A program made the translations under genes and the position numbers. The notes beneath the pieces are model-generated. The model was not told the DNA's origin and did no database searches. It saw only the letters and a list, made by a program, of their open reading frames with translations. DNA of 63,325 nt, the filler included, from Octopus bimaculoides (taxonomy: Eukaryota), in the NCBI RefSeq assembly GCF_001194135.2. It is 5 parts of 5 records of this genome, joined end to end, with 100 filler letters (N's around TTAATTAATTAA, not from the genome) between each part and the next. Parts side by side here need not be neighbours in the genome. Positions count along the whole stretch, not along the records: positions 24,518 to 46,507 come from NC_068987.1; 4 more parts are not named here. One strand, given 5' to 3'. Below are positions 25,987-37,324 of this stretch, in pieces. Positions within the stretch are counted from its first letter, which is position 1. The number at the start of each line of letters is the position of its first letter.

Positions 25987-28615
25987 AATAGTTATGTGAG
26001 TTTGTATCTGTGTGTGTGTATGTGTGTGGACATACTTCCTGAATGAAGAGACTTAATACCTTCATCATTTATCTAATATTTGTTCTTTCCTAGAGGTTTT
26101 TTTTTTTTTTTAAATTTGCTTGTTTCCATTTTTGGGTTGTATTTTCTCTTGGTCTTTTATTGTTGCCATTACTCTTACAAGTGTTGTCAAGAGCAAGAGT
26201 AAGCTGAGTCTGTAAACCAGTTTTCTTACCTGCTTGAAATCATTTGACTTATGCCCTTGAGACAGGCATAAACATAACAAATTCTCATTTTTGTCTTCTT
26301 TATAAAATCTAAGGCTTTGCGCTGATGCAAACATAAGGGCAATGTAGTACCGAACTGGATACATTGAAGTATTTAGTTTCATCTCTTGGTTCAGAGTTCA
26401 GAATCTATCTTGCTTAAACTTCACTATTCATCCCCACAAGGGGCTGATAGCTATCAGTAATAATCTTATTTTGATTCAGTTAACTGTGCCCTCACCATGT
26501 CAAAAATGCTGGCCTTGTGCCTCGTCAAAAGAACTCATCATCATAATTACTACTGTTGTTTTTATTTGTTTGAAAATATATGGTGAAAGGAAACCTTCTC
26601 TAATGAATCTGTAGTTTTCATCATGAATGTTAGCATCATACATTTTCACTTATTTTCTGTCTGTTTGTCTCTTTTTGTGGGTAATCAAGGAGTTCTATTT
26701 TTACCTACCAACACGTTTGAAAATGTAAAGTTAGGGTGTTATGGAAGATTTAGTTTGTGATTAAAGAAGTTACTGGAAGAACAGGCTGTTTCTCCTCCAG
26801 CAAAACAACAATGCTTTTGCATGAACATGATTTGACAAATCTGAGATTATTTCCATTACTTTCATATACCAATTCCAGCTATTGTAGATAGGATATATTG
26901 AACTTTGAAAACTACACAAACTATAAAATTAACCTTAATGATACCTTTCTTTCTTTTAAATTTCATGTAAATCTTTGAATTTGTGCATCTTTCAAGTGTT
27001 TCAGATTCCACCCACTCCATCCCCACTTCTACAGTTGATTTCACTGCTGATGACAATTTCACTCTTTGTAATGTATATGGTTTAATGAGAAACAGGACTC
27101 TTTACAAATTGGACTGGATTTATATACTGTCTCCCTCCCTCTGATTGGCTAATCTACTCACACAGCATTTATTTTTGTTTTGTTTTTTTTTCTTCTTTCC
27201 TTTCATTCTGCTTTTGGGTGCTTCTCTCAGTGCATCTAAACAGCAGTTTCAGATCACCTAGTATTTTCTTCTCTTTAAAATCCTTGTTTAAATCGTGTTT
27301 TTTGGCAGTCTGCAGTCCTTTCAGTTAACTGTATGTTACAATTAATTTTAGTCACTTTGTTTTAAATCAGTATTTTATTTGACCATGTAAAAAATATGGG
27401 AGAAGAGTCTATTAAAAAGAAAGAAAAAATATATAACAAAAGCACTATATCATCTTAACTTTTTTTAACATATTCCTTAACATGTTCACTTTGGTTCTTG
27501 TTTTCTATTATTTTAATTTCATTTGTAATTTTTTTGTCTTGTTTATTATATATTTCTCATTCTTTTCTCCTTTCTTAGTCAAATTTCTTCATATTTATAT
27601 AAAATACATTAAAGAAAAAAAAAAACTACATAAACAAAAAAAATTCTTTTTTTTTTAATATTTGTTTACTTTTAAATAAAAAAAGAGAAAAATGTGTTTT
27701 GTGAAAATTTACATTTAAGTTTTATTTTTTTATTTGGTTAACTCTCTTTCTCATCTTACATTTTGCTGTATCTCTATAAATGGTTCAGTCATTCTTAAAC
27801 TCCGGAACTGTTTTAGATAATTTTCATAGAATTAGCCAAAAACTGGCTAAATACTTTTTTTTTTTTTTTAAATTTCCCTCATATTTCACCTACTAGCCCT
27901 TAACATCTGTACACTAGACAACATGTAAGGACTTTTCTTCCCTTCCCTGAAGCTTGTAGGTCACTATACATATATTTTATAGTAAATAAAAGTGAGATGT
28001 GTGCAAAATTTTGATGGTTTCAAAAGACATCTTATCATTAACGCTTTAAATATTGTTGTGTTCATGTCAGTTTAAATCACAGCTTTTTTCCTCCAACACT
28101 GTCAGAAGAATTGTTTAAACAGGGACTAGTAAACTTGAGAAAGTTGTGACAAAATTAGTTTGCTAAGATGATTTAACTTATCTGACCCAAAGTAGAAAAT
28201 TTCAGTCCCAACTCACAATTAACTGGCTTTAAGCTTTTACCTTCATTGAAAGAAAATGTGTATTGAGTCAAGTCTGTTTACTAAGTCAGTTCTTGGCTCA
28301 TTTTGACAAACATATAATGGGAAAGCTGTCAGTGGTTTACTGTCTGTTTTCCATTAAATATAAACTCTACTTTATGTATTGAGAACAATTCTCTTTGGTT
28401 TGCACACATGGGCTTTGTTTCTTTGTACACGTATATGTGCACCTATTTTACTAAGCCTATACTCTGGTTTGTTGCAAGTCGAGTGGATGACAGTGATCCT
28501 CAATGAATGTTTCGCAGTATCCACCCTCATAGCTACATGAAACTTTGGTATAAATTTAAATAGACATTTAACATATTCTTTACACTTTCCTGCACAACAG
28601 TGTTGCATACTTTAA

Positions 28616-28716
28616 CCCTTTATTATCCAAATTTCTGCCAAATGTAATGGTTGTTTATTTATATTGTTTTGAGTTAATCCTGCATTAGGGATATGGCTGG
28701 TTTGAATGCTAAAAGG
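28616..28716. mobile_element. piggyBac-like MITE, internally deleted
   Basis: TTAA|CCCTTT ... TGCTAAAAGG|TTAA termini with TTAA TSD. Confidence 0.7.
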
Positions 28717-29109
28717 TTAATGTTTATACATGATTCATATGATACTTAAGTTTAAAATTCAAATCCTTTCAGGGAGTTCAGATTTTCATCCTGCTATGTG
28801 GCTACACAAGCAATTGTTTATTTCTGGCCAACAGAAAAACAAATGAAAGTCTACCTGCACATGTAAGGTGTCCTATCTTTTTGATACCACCAGAATAATC
28901 TTCATTCTTTTAGCATCCATTTTTCCATGCTTGCATGGGTCAGATGGAGTTTATTGGGGGAAGATTTACTATAACTGTATGCCTTTTTTGTTACCAACCC
29001 CTACCTGCTTTCAAGCAAAACAATCTTTTCCCACTCTTAGACATGTTTTTGCAGTATATTGGAACTGAATGACATGACAGTCACATTGTCAAGACAAGGA
29101 GACACACAC

Positions 29110-29240
29110 ACACATGTATATCTACTCACAAGGCTTTCGTCAATCCCTGGTTATGGTAGAAAGCCCATGCGCAAGATGCCAAGCTATGGGACTGAACCTG
29201 GAACCATGTGGTTGGGGAGCAAACTTCTAAACCACACAGA
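29110..29240 (-). mobile_element. SINE family C head, CpG-decayed
   Basis: Diverged reverse-complement match. Confidence 0.7.
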
Positions 29241-29749
29241 CATAGAAATAGATTTGTGAAGTAAATTCAGTGTACTCATAGTAGCACTACATTCTGTATG
29301 ATTAAGTACTGCATAATTTGGTTGTGCAGTATGGCTTTCAGCTCAGCAAATGTGTAATATATCTGAACCAGTGGATCACACCAAGTCTTTTGGTTGTCTG
29401 TTGGCCTTAAGCCTGCTCAAATCAGAGCTAATCTGGGTCTGTGTAGCAGTAAGAGACGTCTATTTTTCGATTGATGGGTCAAACCTATTCTGAATAAAGA
29501 AAGGTCTGTTTCATTATGAAAACGTATAACTGTCACCATAACACTGGTTTACTTAGCTGTCAACAGGTACCAGGAAAACTGCATTCTTCTGAAAGCAATA
29601 AGAGCATTGTTTTTTTTTTTCTTTAACATTGTTAAACTCAAATCCTCTTCCATTTAGGTAGGGGAAGAATCTCTCACATCCAATTTTTAGTTATCTAAGT
29701 GTTGCAATCTGACTGGATTGTAGGTATGATATTGAAGACTTCTTGTACA

Positions 29750-30520
29750 TCATCATCATTGTTTAATATCTGCCTTCCAAGCTATCATGGGTTGGATGGT
29801 TTGACAGGAGCTGACCTGGTAGAAGACTATTCCAGGCTATTGTGTCTGGTTTGGAAGGGTTTTTACTTCTTAACACCAACCACTCTGCAAAGTGGACAGT
29901 GTTTTTTATGTGGCACCAGCAAAAGGTGAAGTCAGTTTTGGCATGGTTTTTACTGCTGGATGTCTTACCAAATGCCAAATACTTTACAGTGTGAATCGAA
30001 TGCATTTTATGTGACACCAGCATTGACAGGATCACCAAGTAACTTGTAAGACAAAGAATTTTGAGATGGGAGGAAGGGATCTTGTGTTAGATGAGTCAAG
30101 GTTAGAGAGAAACAGAGAGGCAGAAACAAGTGTCTTGCTATAGAAGAGGTACATGGTTAGTCGGACAGAGCAAGAGAGTGAGAAGTAACAAGAGGACAGA
30201 AACAGGTGTGCTGATGTGAAAGAGACATTTGGTTACTTAGCCAGAGGGAAAAGCAAGGGAAGGAGAGGGAGAGAATGGTCAAGAGGGCAGACTCAAGTGT
30301 GCTGCTGTAGAGGAAATACATGGCTACCCAGTCAGGAAAGAGAGAGAGAGAGAGGGGAAAACAGGAGAGAGATGATGGAAGTGCCAGGATAGATTCACAA
30401 GTAAAAGGATCAGAGCATAGATGGGATGGTAGAGCAGCGAAAAGAGAAAGGTAAATGGTGGCAATTGCCAGGGCTTGCCCTCAAGGTATGCAGCCAGGTG
30501 TTGTAAATTTATTTACTGGT
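29750..30520 (-). mobile_element. RTE-tailed SINE/LINE 3' remnant with purine-rich degenerate ~75-90 bp triplication
   Basis: catcatcatt..atctgccttcca.gctatcatgggttggatggtttgacagg tail; three related units (r)agagg(r)cagaaaca(a/g)gtgt..tg. Confidence 0.6.
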
Positions 30521-30779
30521 TGACTTTGAACTCAGCACTGCACTGTTAGTGCTATTTGCAGCAGTGAGCTGTTAATACACAACATCAAGGTGGTGTTGGT
30601 ATTTGGGTCACAGACAGAAAATCTACCTGATACGCTTCAGCTGGTTGTTTGTTCCAAATGACTTAGGTGACAGGTTATCAAAGTACAGCCAAGAGTTGAA
30701 AAGATAGATACAGATATTTAATTTTATGGGAGGGAGTTGGGTTCAGAGGTCAAAGTTTTCTATATATCTTTAATGTTTC

Positions 30780-30923
30780 CACTTCAATATATTTTCGTCT
30801 TCACGATATTGTAAAAAAAAGTTACAGTTGTTTAATGAAACTAATCTAAATTCATGATTATTTTAGAATTTAATTGAAACTCATGAGGGGTGTATTTTGG
30901 TCAGAAATATACTAACGAAAGGG
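30780..30923. mobile_element. piggyBac-like MITE end
   Basis: Terminates ...ACGAAAGGG|TTAA at 30923. Confidence 0.55.
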
Positions 30924-30959
30924 TTAACATCTGTACAGTTGGAAGACTGTTGATACAAG

Positions 30960-31600
30960 CTAACTTTCCCAAACCAACTGCATCGCTTTTTCTAGGTCAT
31001 TCTATCTTGAGTAGGGTGTACAAAAGTACATCCTGTTCGTGATTTTCAAGCAGCATAAATCTTCACCAAAACATTTAATTGGTAAACTGTGTATCTGATT
31101 CATACTGTGCAAACATCAGTTCTGTGTATACACCATCCCCATAACTTGCTTTCATTATCACAATGGTAAGTTTTAACTTCAACAACTTCCTTTATTTCAG
31201 AGTTTACAAAAAAGGGTAGGGGTAGCAATATCTATGACCTTTCAGGCCTTTTATGAAGAATGGGGTTGATGCAGAGTTTACAGGAGAAATGTGGATAAAG
31301 AGAAAATTCAAGATATTTGAAGTTCTGGAATAAAGGTTAAATGTGGGTCTTCTAGGTGAGTCAATTAGGCCTACTGGTTTATTATCATCACCTGTCATGA
31401 GAGTGTCCCCTTTGACGTCCAGAGAACTTGATGTGTTGCTTCTTAGTGCAGCAGCTCATGTATCATGGTTTCTTTCTCTGATTAAACCATTTTTTAATAA
31501 AGGCATGCAGCTAGCCAATTCAAAAGAGCAGAGAGAGTTGTAGCAGCACAAGCAAAGGAAACTGTATTCACTGTGAGCTAATGAGTTCTTAAATGTTTGT
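30960..31600 (-). pseudogene. Possible piggyBac-type transposase relic
   Basis: Mosaic frames give ...PTFNLYSRTSNILNFLFIH..., YHCDNES, ELMFAQY and NVLVKIYAA*KSRTG, in the order of piggyBac motifs (xDES..F.QY..K.G.KI....TGY); heavily decayed. Confidence 0.35.
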
Positions 31601-33559
31601 GAGTGAATCATTGTAAGTCAGTCATGTGGCTTTTTGGATTGGTCTTGAGTATCTGTGCAGCAGCAGCACCACCACCACGATCCCCTCTGAGCTAGAGTTG
31701 ATTCAATTTGTCTAGTTACCTTCCTACATAAATTCACATGCCCTCTGCTAAAGTGAGAAGCACTTTCTGCTAGACGCCTCAGCTACATCTATCAGAAATC
31801 AAATATATTTTTTGAAAAAGGAAGAACACATTAGATAATGCAGTCCAAGAGACGTTGGAAAAGAAATGAGGATGGAACACATGATCATAATACACTATTA
31901 GAAATACACAATGTGGTATGTAATAAAACACAAATTCAAAATTTCACCTGGAATATCCTGCATTCCTTCCTAGAAAAAGGGCATCATCAAGTTTCACTTG
32001 TTCATAACTGGTTGAAACCAGAATAGTCCAACTGAAGATTTGAATTTCAGCATTTCTATGTATTTTTCATTTTTCTCTTCATATTTTGAACTTAAAGAAT
32101 TCAGACATCTCACTACTCCATCAGAAATAAATCCAGGAAATATGAAATAAAAACAGCAACACTAAAGGCAGTACCTCAGCATGGCTGCAGCCTTTGGCTG
32201 AAACCTGCAAAATCAATGGAAGACGTCTATCTTCAGCCCATTCAATCTGGTTAACCACACAACCTCTTTCACTAAGGCCACTGGAGATAAACCTAGTAGA
32301 CTGGAGCAACATGTAACAAGTGTATTGCTTTTAAGGACATAACATGTTGCCAGTCTAGGAATTAAACCCATGGGCTTATGATCTTGAGCCCAACATTACT
32401 CTAACCACTATGCTACATGTTTTCATGAAGACAAAGTGATATAATTGATAAAGTGGTATAGTTTTATTAAATTAACATCAATATATTAAGAAAGATTTAT
32501 TTTATTAAACATTAGAGATAACAGTTTTTTTAAATATTCACAAAGTCAGAAATTTCAGTGGGCAGGAACATTTGATTACATTGACCCCAGTACTTGGATA
32601 ATACATTATTTTATTGACTTCCAGAAGTTGACCATGATTTGAACTCAAAATATAAATATTTCACTCAATACCATTTTAAATAAAGGCACATTGGATTAAT
32701 GTTGTATTGAAACATCTGCTGGTTGATGTTCTCTCTCTCTCCATGTTCCACACCAGTTTTACATGTGTCAGCAATCATAGACTTCCATGCCAAAGTCTGA
32801 AGATTTATGATTTTGTTTTAGAGAAGATACGACAGTGGCTTGTCTTCTGCCAGATAATATACAGTTTACTATGTTGGTCTTCTACTCTCCAGCTTACCCT
32901 TAAGGCACAAAGCCTGTTTAACCTTAGGCAGGGGTACTGATTTATGTGATATCAAGTCATGTCCATACACCAGTTGGCTTGTGTACCACAAGTCTAGCGG
33001 CCAGCCCTCCAAGTCTTGTAAACCACAGCCATGGGCTATATAATCATAAAAAGATGTGTGGTCATAGCTGGAATGCCTTTGATCATAGTTCTGCTCTTTT
33101 AAGGTAAACATGTTGTTAAACAAAAACAGGTAAACTCAAAAGAAGAAGGAAAACCCCATTGAATCAATAATGAGCACTTATCTACCATACATTAAAAAAA
33201 TATATGCTAAGGAGAGTTATTTTTACTTTTATCTTTTTTTTTGGTTGTGTTTGTAAAGGAAATGGGATATCTAAAGAAGATATTTTAGCTAAAGCACTGC
33301 AGATTTGCTGTTAATAGACATGCACGCAGGATATCTGCCATATGTGGACATTTATATAAGAGTCAGTCATACATTGGTACAGGTGTAACCATATGGTTAA
33401 GATGCCCACTTTACACAACACAGTTCCAAGTTCTTAGTGGCAAATCCCTTGGCAAGTGTCTTCTGCTGCTGTAGATGTAGGTTTATTAATACCTTATGTA
33501 TGGAATTTACTAATCAGAGAAGCCCATTAAAGATTAATGAGTGCATGTGAATGTATGTA

Positions 33560-33920
33560 AAGGCTGCAATTTAAGGACTGTGTCAAGTCCTCATTAAAGG
33601 CTTGTGATATGCAGGAGACTGACTGGAAGAGCTCTGCCTGTCATCGCCACAGATGGAGGAAGCAGGTTAAGGAAAGGGTCGGCACCTTTGAGAGAACACG
33701 TATTCTGCATGAAGAACTTAAGCATGCTGCTCGAAAATGCACTGCTGGTTTTGTGAATAGGGAAAGCCTTGTTTGCAATGTTTGCAGTCGTGTATGCTTG
33801 TCAAGAGCAGGGCTCAGCCACCAACAGAGCACAGATGCAAAATATAAGTTAGTTCAAGAGCATACAACATTCCTGAAGGTCAGCAATGATCTTCCTCAGT
33901 CACGAGTAGATGGCCATCAT
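33560..33920 (+). mobile_element. RTE (BovB-like) LINE 3' end
   Basis: FKDCVKSSLKACDMQETDWKSSACHRHRWRKQV...LVCNVCSRVCLSRAGLSH (RTE C-terminal zinc finger) followed by a CAT tail. Confidence 0.8.
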
Positions 33921-34399
33921 ATATATATATATATATGCATACACTCACATACACATAAGTATGTACAGGTATGTATGTATATGTGTTTACCAGCATTTCA
34001 ATTTGAATCTCTTTATGTCAATAATATAACTTAGCAATTCAATGAATAGAAATCAATAAAACAAATACCAAACTGAAATCAAGAACTGGGGTCAATATAA
34101 CTGAGTAAATCCCATGAAGGCAGTGCCCCAGTATGGTCGCAGCCAAATGACTGAAACATTATAAAAATAGAATACAAAAAATACGTTTATTATACAGTTT
34201 CAAAAAAAAAGAATTATAAAAATGTCACCAATCTCAGATATAAATGAGAGGGAGATTAGATGACCCTGAGATTTGTTTCTGTCTCATGGTATTAAAAAGA
34301 CAAGATATGTATGTATGTACATATGTGTGTGCATATATATATATAGATTTATTTAGAGGATATGTTAACCTCATAAAGGGATGGTTACATCCAAGGGAA

Positions 34400-35133
34400 T
34401 ACTGGTTTGATAACTAGTATTATTGGGGAATGAAATTCCCTTAATTCCTTTATATATTAGGCATATAGTTCATATCCAGTTAAATGAAGAAAAGAAAATG
34501 GAGAGTTGAAAGTTAATTATTTATTATTAACAAATTGGCTGTAAGAAGTAAAGATTACCAATTTGTTAATAAATAATTATTAACTTTCAACTCTTCATTT
34601 CAATATATATATATATGCACACACATATGTCTACTGTTGGAAAGTGTCTGTCTTTAATGTAGGTAATATTCCCAGAAGATTTTGTAACATTGTTTTCATG
34701 GGAGCCAGCTGAACTGAGGCAATATAGAATTAAATAAACAACTAAAAAAAAAAAAAAACCCAACTGTGGTCTTGAAATCAAGACCTCACCCACTTCGTCA
34801 TTTCACCTCTAGAATACAAGATATTTTTGTACACAGTATAACAGTTCAAAAAACAAAAAATCATTCTGTGATATGAATTATTCATTAAAAACAAATATGA
34901 AAAAAAATCTCAAAAATGGAAATAGTCTGCAATATTTTTTCATTTTCTTTCTTTTTTTTATAGTCTTATTTTTTAACAGAATCTCTGAATTTTTGCTGTT
35001 TCTTTTTTTTTTAAATAATATTTACAAGTTATACTCTTGCTTGGTTTTCCTTGCAAAGTCCTAGGTGTTGTAACCACTTCCTTCTTTATTCCAATTGCAG
35101 CACATTTAGAGATAAACCAATTTTGCTACTGGC
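34400..35133 (-). other. Candidate terminal (3' UTR or alternative C-terminal) exon of TMC gene; 3' end undefined
   Basis: Strong acceptor tttttttttttccag at 35135-35134 downstream of the donor at 37227; AT-rich, repeat-poor sequence follows; phase-0 reading gives ASSKIGLSLNVLQLE*. Confidence 0.4.
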
Positions 35134-35239
35134 CTGGAAAAAAAAAAGTTATATAGATTGCATCAGTTTTTGGAGGATACCTCTTTTAAGAGCCCTAACT
35201 TTCTTCTAACATATATTTTTTAACCTTACTTTTTCAGAT

Positions 35240-36070
35240 GAATAATTGTCAGACATCAGGTTGACTCAGCAAATGGAAAAGCACACTGTAATCATTGCCT
35301 TAAAACCATAGCATAGTAACACAGAGGTAGCTCACTTCCTGAAAGTTGCCTGATCCTTGAAAAGAGCTGGAAGCTGCTGATAGGGATCCAACATCAGCAG
35401 CTAAATACCAAAAGCATGCACAGAGTCCTAATGCCACCAGGCAACATAACTTTGTACAAAAAGTCAAAGAAATAATTGATAAAAAACCCAGAAAGTCAAT
35501 CAGACCAATTGTAAAGGACTTCAAGGTTTCAGAATGTACAGTCAGAAAAGTTGTGCATGAGGACATCTGTTACAAGTTGTATGTGATGTGGAGGGATCAG
35601 CTTATGTTGTGACAAGAGAGAATTGTTTGCTAAGTGCAAAACGCTTGCTAAACAAGTTAAAAAGCCAAGAGGCTGGGATACTTTGGTTTTTCTCTGATGA
35701 GAAAAACTTCAATCAAGATCAGATAAATAGTTATGCAGAGAGCTGAATGAGGTTCCAATGATCATGTAATCTAAGTTATCAGCAACTGTGATGGTTTTGG
35801 GATTTGTTAGCAATGAGGGAGATGTCATGTTGCCTCACTTTTTCTCACAGGATTTAACAGTCAATGCTAATGTCTACAAAGAGGTGTTGGAGAAAGTTGT
35901 GAAGCCCTGGATAGACAGATATGCAACAGAAGACCATATGTCTTCCAACAAGACTCTGTGCCATCTCATAAGGCTAGGATAACCTAAGCATGGATGCATA
36001 CCAATCTCCATGATCATGATCTCCCAGACACATGGCCTAGGTCACCAAACCTCAATCCACTGAGGTGTGG
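35240..36070 (+). pseudogene. maT (DD37D-type) Tc1/mariner transposase relic
   Basis: KVKEIIDKKPRKSIR..VSECTVRKVVHEDI; WFFSDEKNFNQD; VMVLGFVSNEGDVM.PHFF...VNA..Y.EVLE.VVKPWID; terminal WP..PNLNPL remnant; many stops and frameshifts. Confidence 0.85.
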
Positions 36071-36189
36071 TTGAGAGAAAGATCTCAGATGATTGACTCT
36101 AATACATTCAAAAGGATCATTGAAACCTAAGCAAATAATATTATGGTAGATCAAGTACAGAGACAATCCTTAATGCTACATTAGTAGCT

Positions 36190-36830
36190 ATGATGCACTT
36201 CCAGCTCTCTTCATTAAAGGACCTAGCTCCAACAAAAAACTTGATCACTGTGTTGATTCTATAAATGAGGAAATTATGAAATCATCAACTTATTGGATGG
36301 AAAAACAGTTTACAAAAGTAGTGTTTCATGTAATGATGAAAAAACTCTGTAGACTTATCCAATAGAGTTCCCAAGTCACTGTAACCCCATTCCTACACTT
36401 TGACCTTGAAGACAGTGTATGTTTTACTGATATTGTAAAATTTAGATAAGGTTAATTATCCTTACAATGGAACAAAAATTCAAATAACCTACATACTTAA
36501 ATATATGATTGAGGGAGATGTTAGAATAGAAGATGAACAGTATGATGAACATGTCATTGTGTCAAGAATCAAACTTAGAATTACAGAGACCACTTCGCTA
36601 CTCACCTTTCAATCATGGAGAGATACAAATCTATGGCAAGTAGCATTTCCCACCTAACAAACTTAATCCAGTATTGCAAACTACATTGCTACTGCTGTGT
36701 ATTGGAGTTAAGTCATACCACCTTGAAGTGGATGAACCACTGAGATCAAAATAAGGCTGTGTGTAGTATTGCTCATACCTTTCTTTGCACCATTGAAGGT
36801 CATAATTCAGCTAAGAATATTTATAAATGT
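36190..36830 (+). pseudogene. Helitron PIF1-like helicase C-terminal relic
   Basis: Collinear motifs LAP..VDSINEEIMK, TYPIEF, LTLK, NLD, YNGTKIQI, IEG, EHVIVSRIKL. Confidence 0.75.
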
Positions 36831-37240
36831 TGACATTTTCTTAGCTACTGAGGGCTCTTTGATTATATTTCTCTTTCTATATTGCCAATTTCTATTATGC
36901 TGTAAATATGAAATATATATAACAAAAGTCTTATATTAAAATTTACAATCTCTGTCTTAAAAATGGGACATTAGCTGTTAATGGGTTAAGATCACAACAA
37001 TGATGTAAGTGAAGTGGAATGGTTATGACAGGCAATAACTGGTTTCCCAATTTGCCTCACCTCATAATAGTTTCATCACTACTCTATGACTGACCATAAC
37101 ATTTGCCCTATGGAAACCTCTACGCAGTAGCAGTAAGCCTCTAAACTACTCTATAGTAACATCCACACTCATCTGTGATTGTATTTACACTAATTTATAC
37201 AGAAAAATCAAGATATTTATTACTTACAACAATTATATTC

Positions 37241-37324
37241 CTATCTCCTCCTACTTGACTTTTCATCATCTGTTTGCCTGGCTTTGTTCATCAATGTCAA
37301 CAAGAACTGCTTGTTCTTGCCTTC
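37241..37324 (-). CDS. TMC7: TMC last coding exon (EGKNKQFLLTLMNKARQTDDEKSSRRR*)
   Basis: Acceptor cttctctctatag; phase-0 frame continues the TMC C-terminal motif; TAG at 37243-37241; a gtaagt donor follows at 37227. Confidence 0.88.
   Translation of the reverse strand, partial: EGKNKQFLLTLMNKARQTDDEKSSRRR

Noticed and set aside
26230-26255. 26-bp minus-strand mini-exon with CAG|gtaaga donor
   Set aside because: Downstream of the TMC stop, no homology, unlinked
31201-31355. Plus-strand exon-like segment (tttcag...TAG|gtgagt)
   Set aside because: Stops in all three frames; overlaps the putative antisense transposase relic
37228-37243. A-to-I readthrough of the TMC TAG stop
   Set aside because: Would add only ~7 residues (WEYNCCQ*) after splicing to 35133; no evidence of editing
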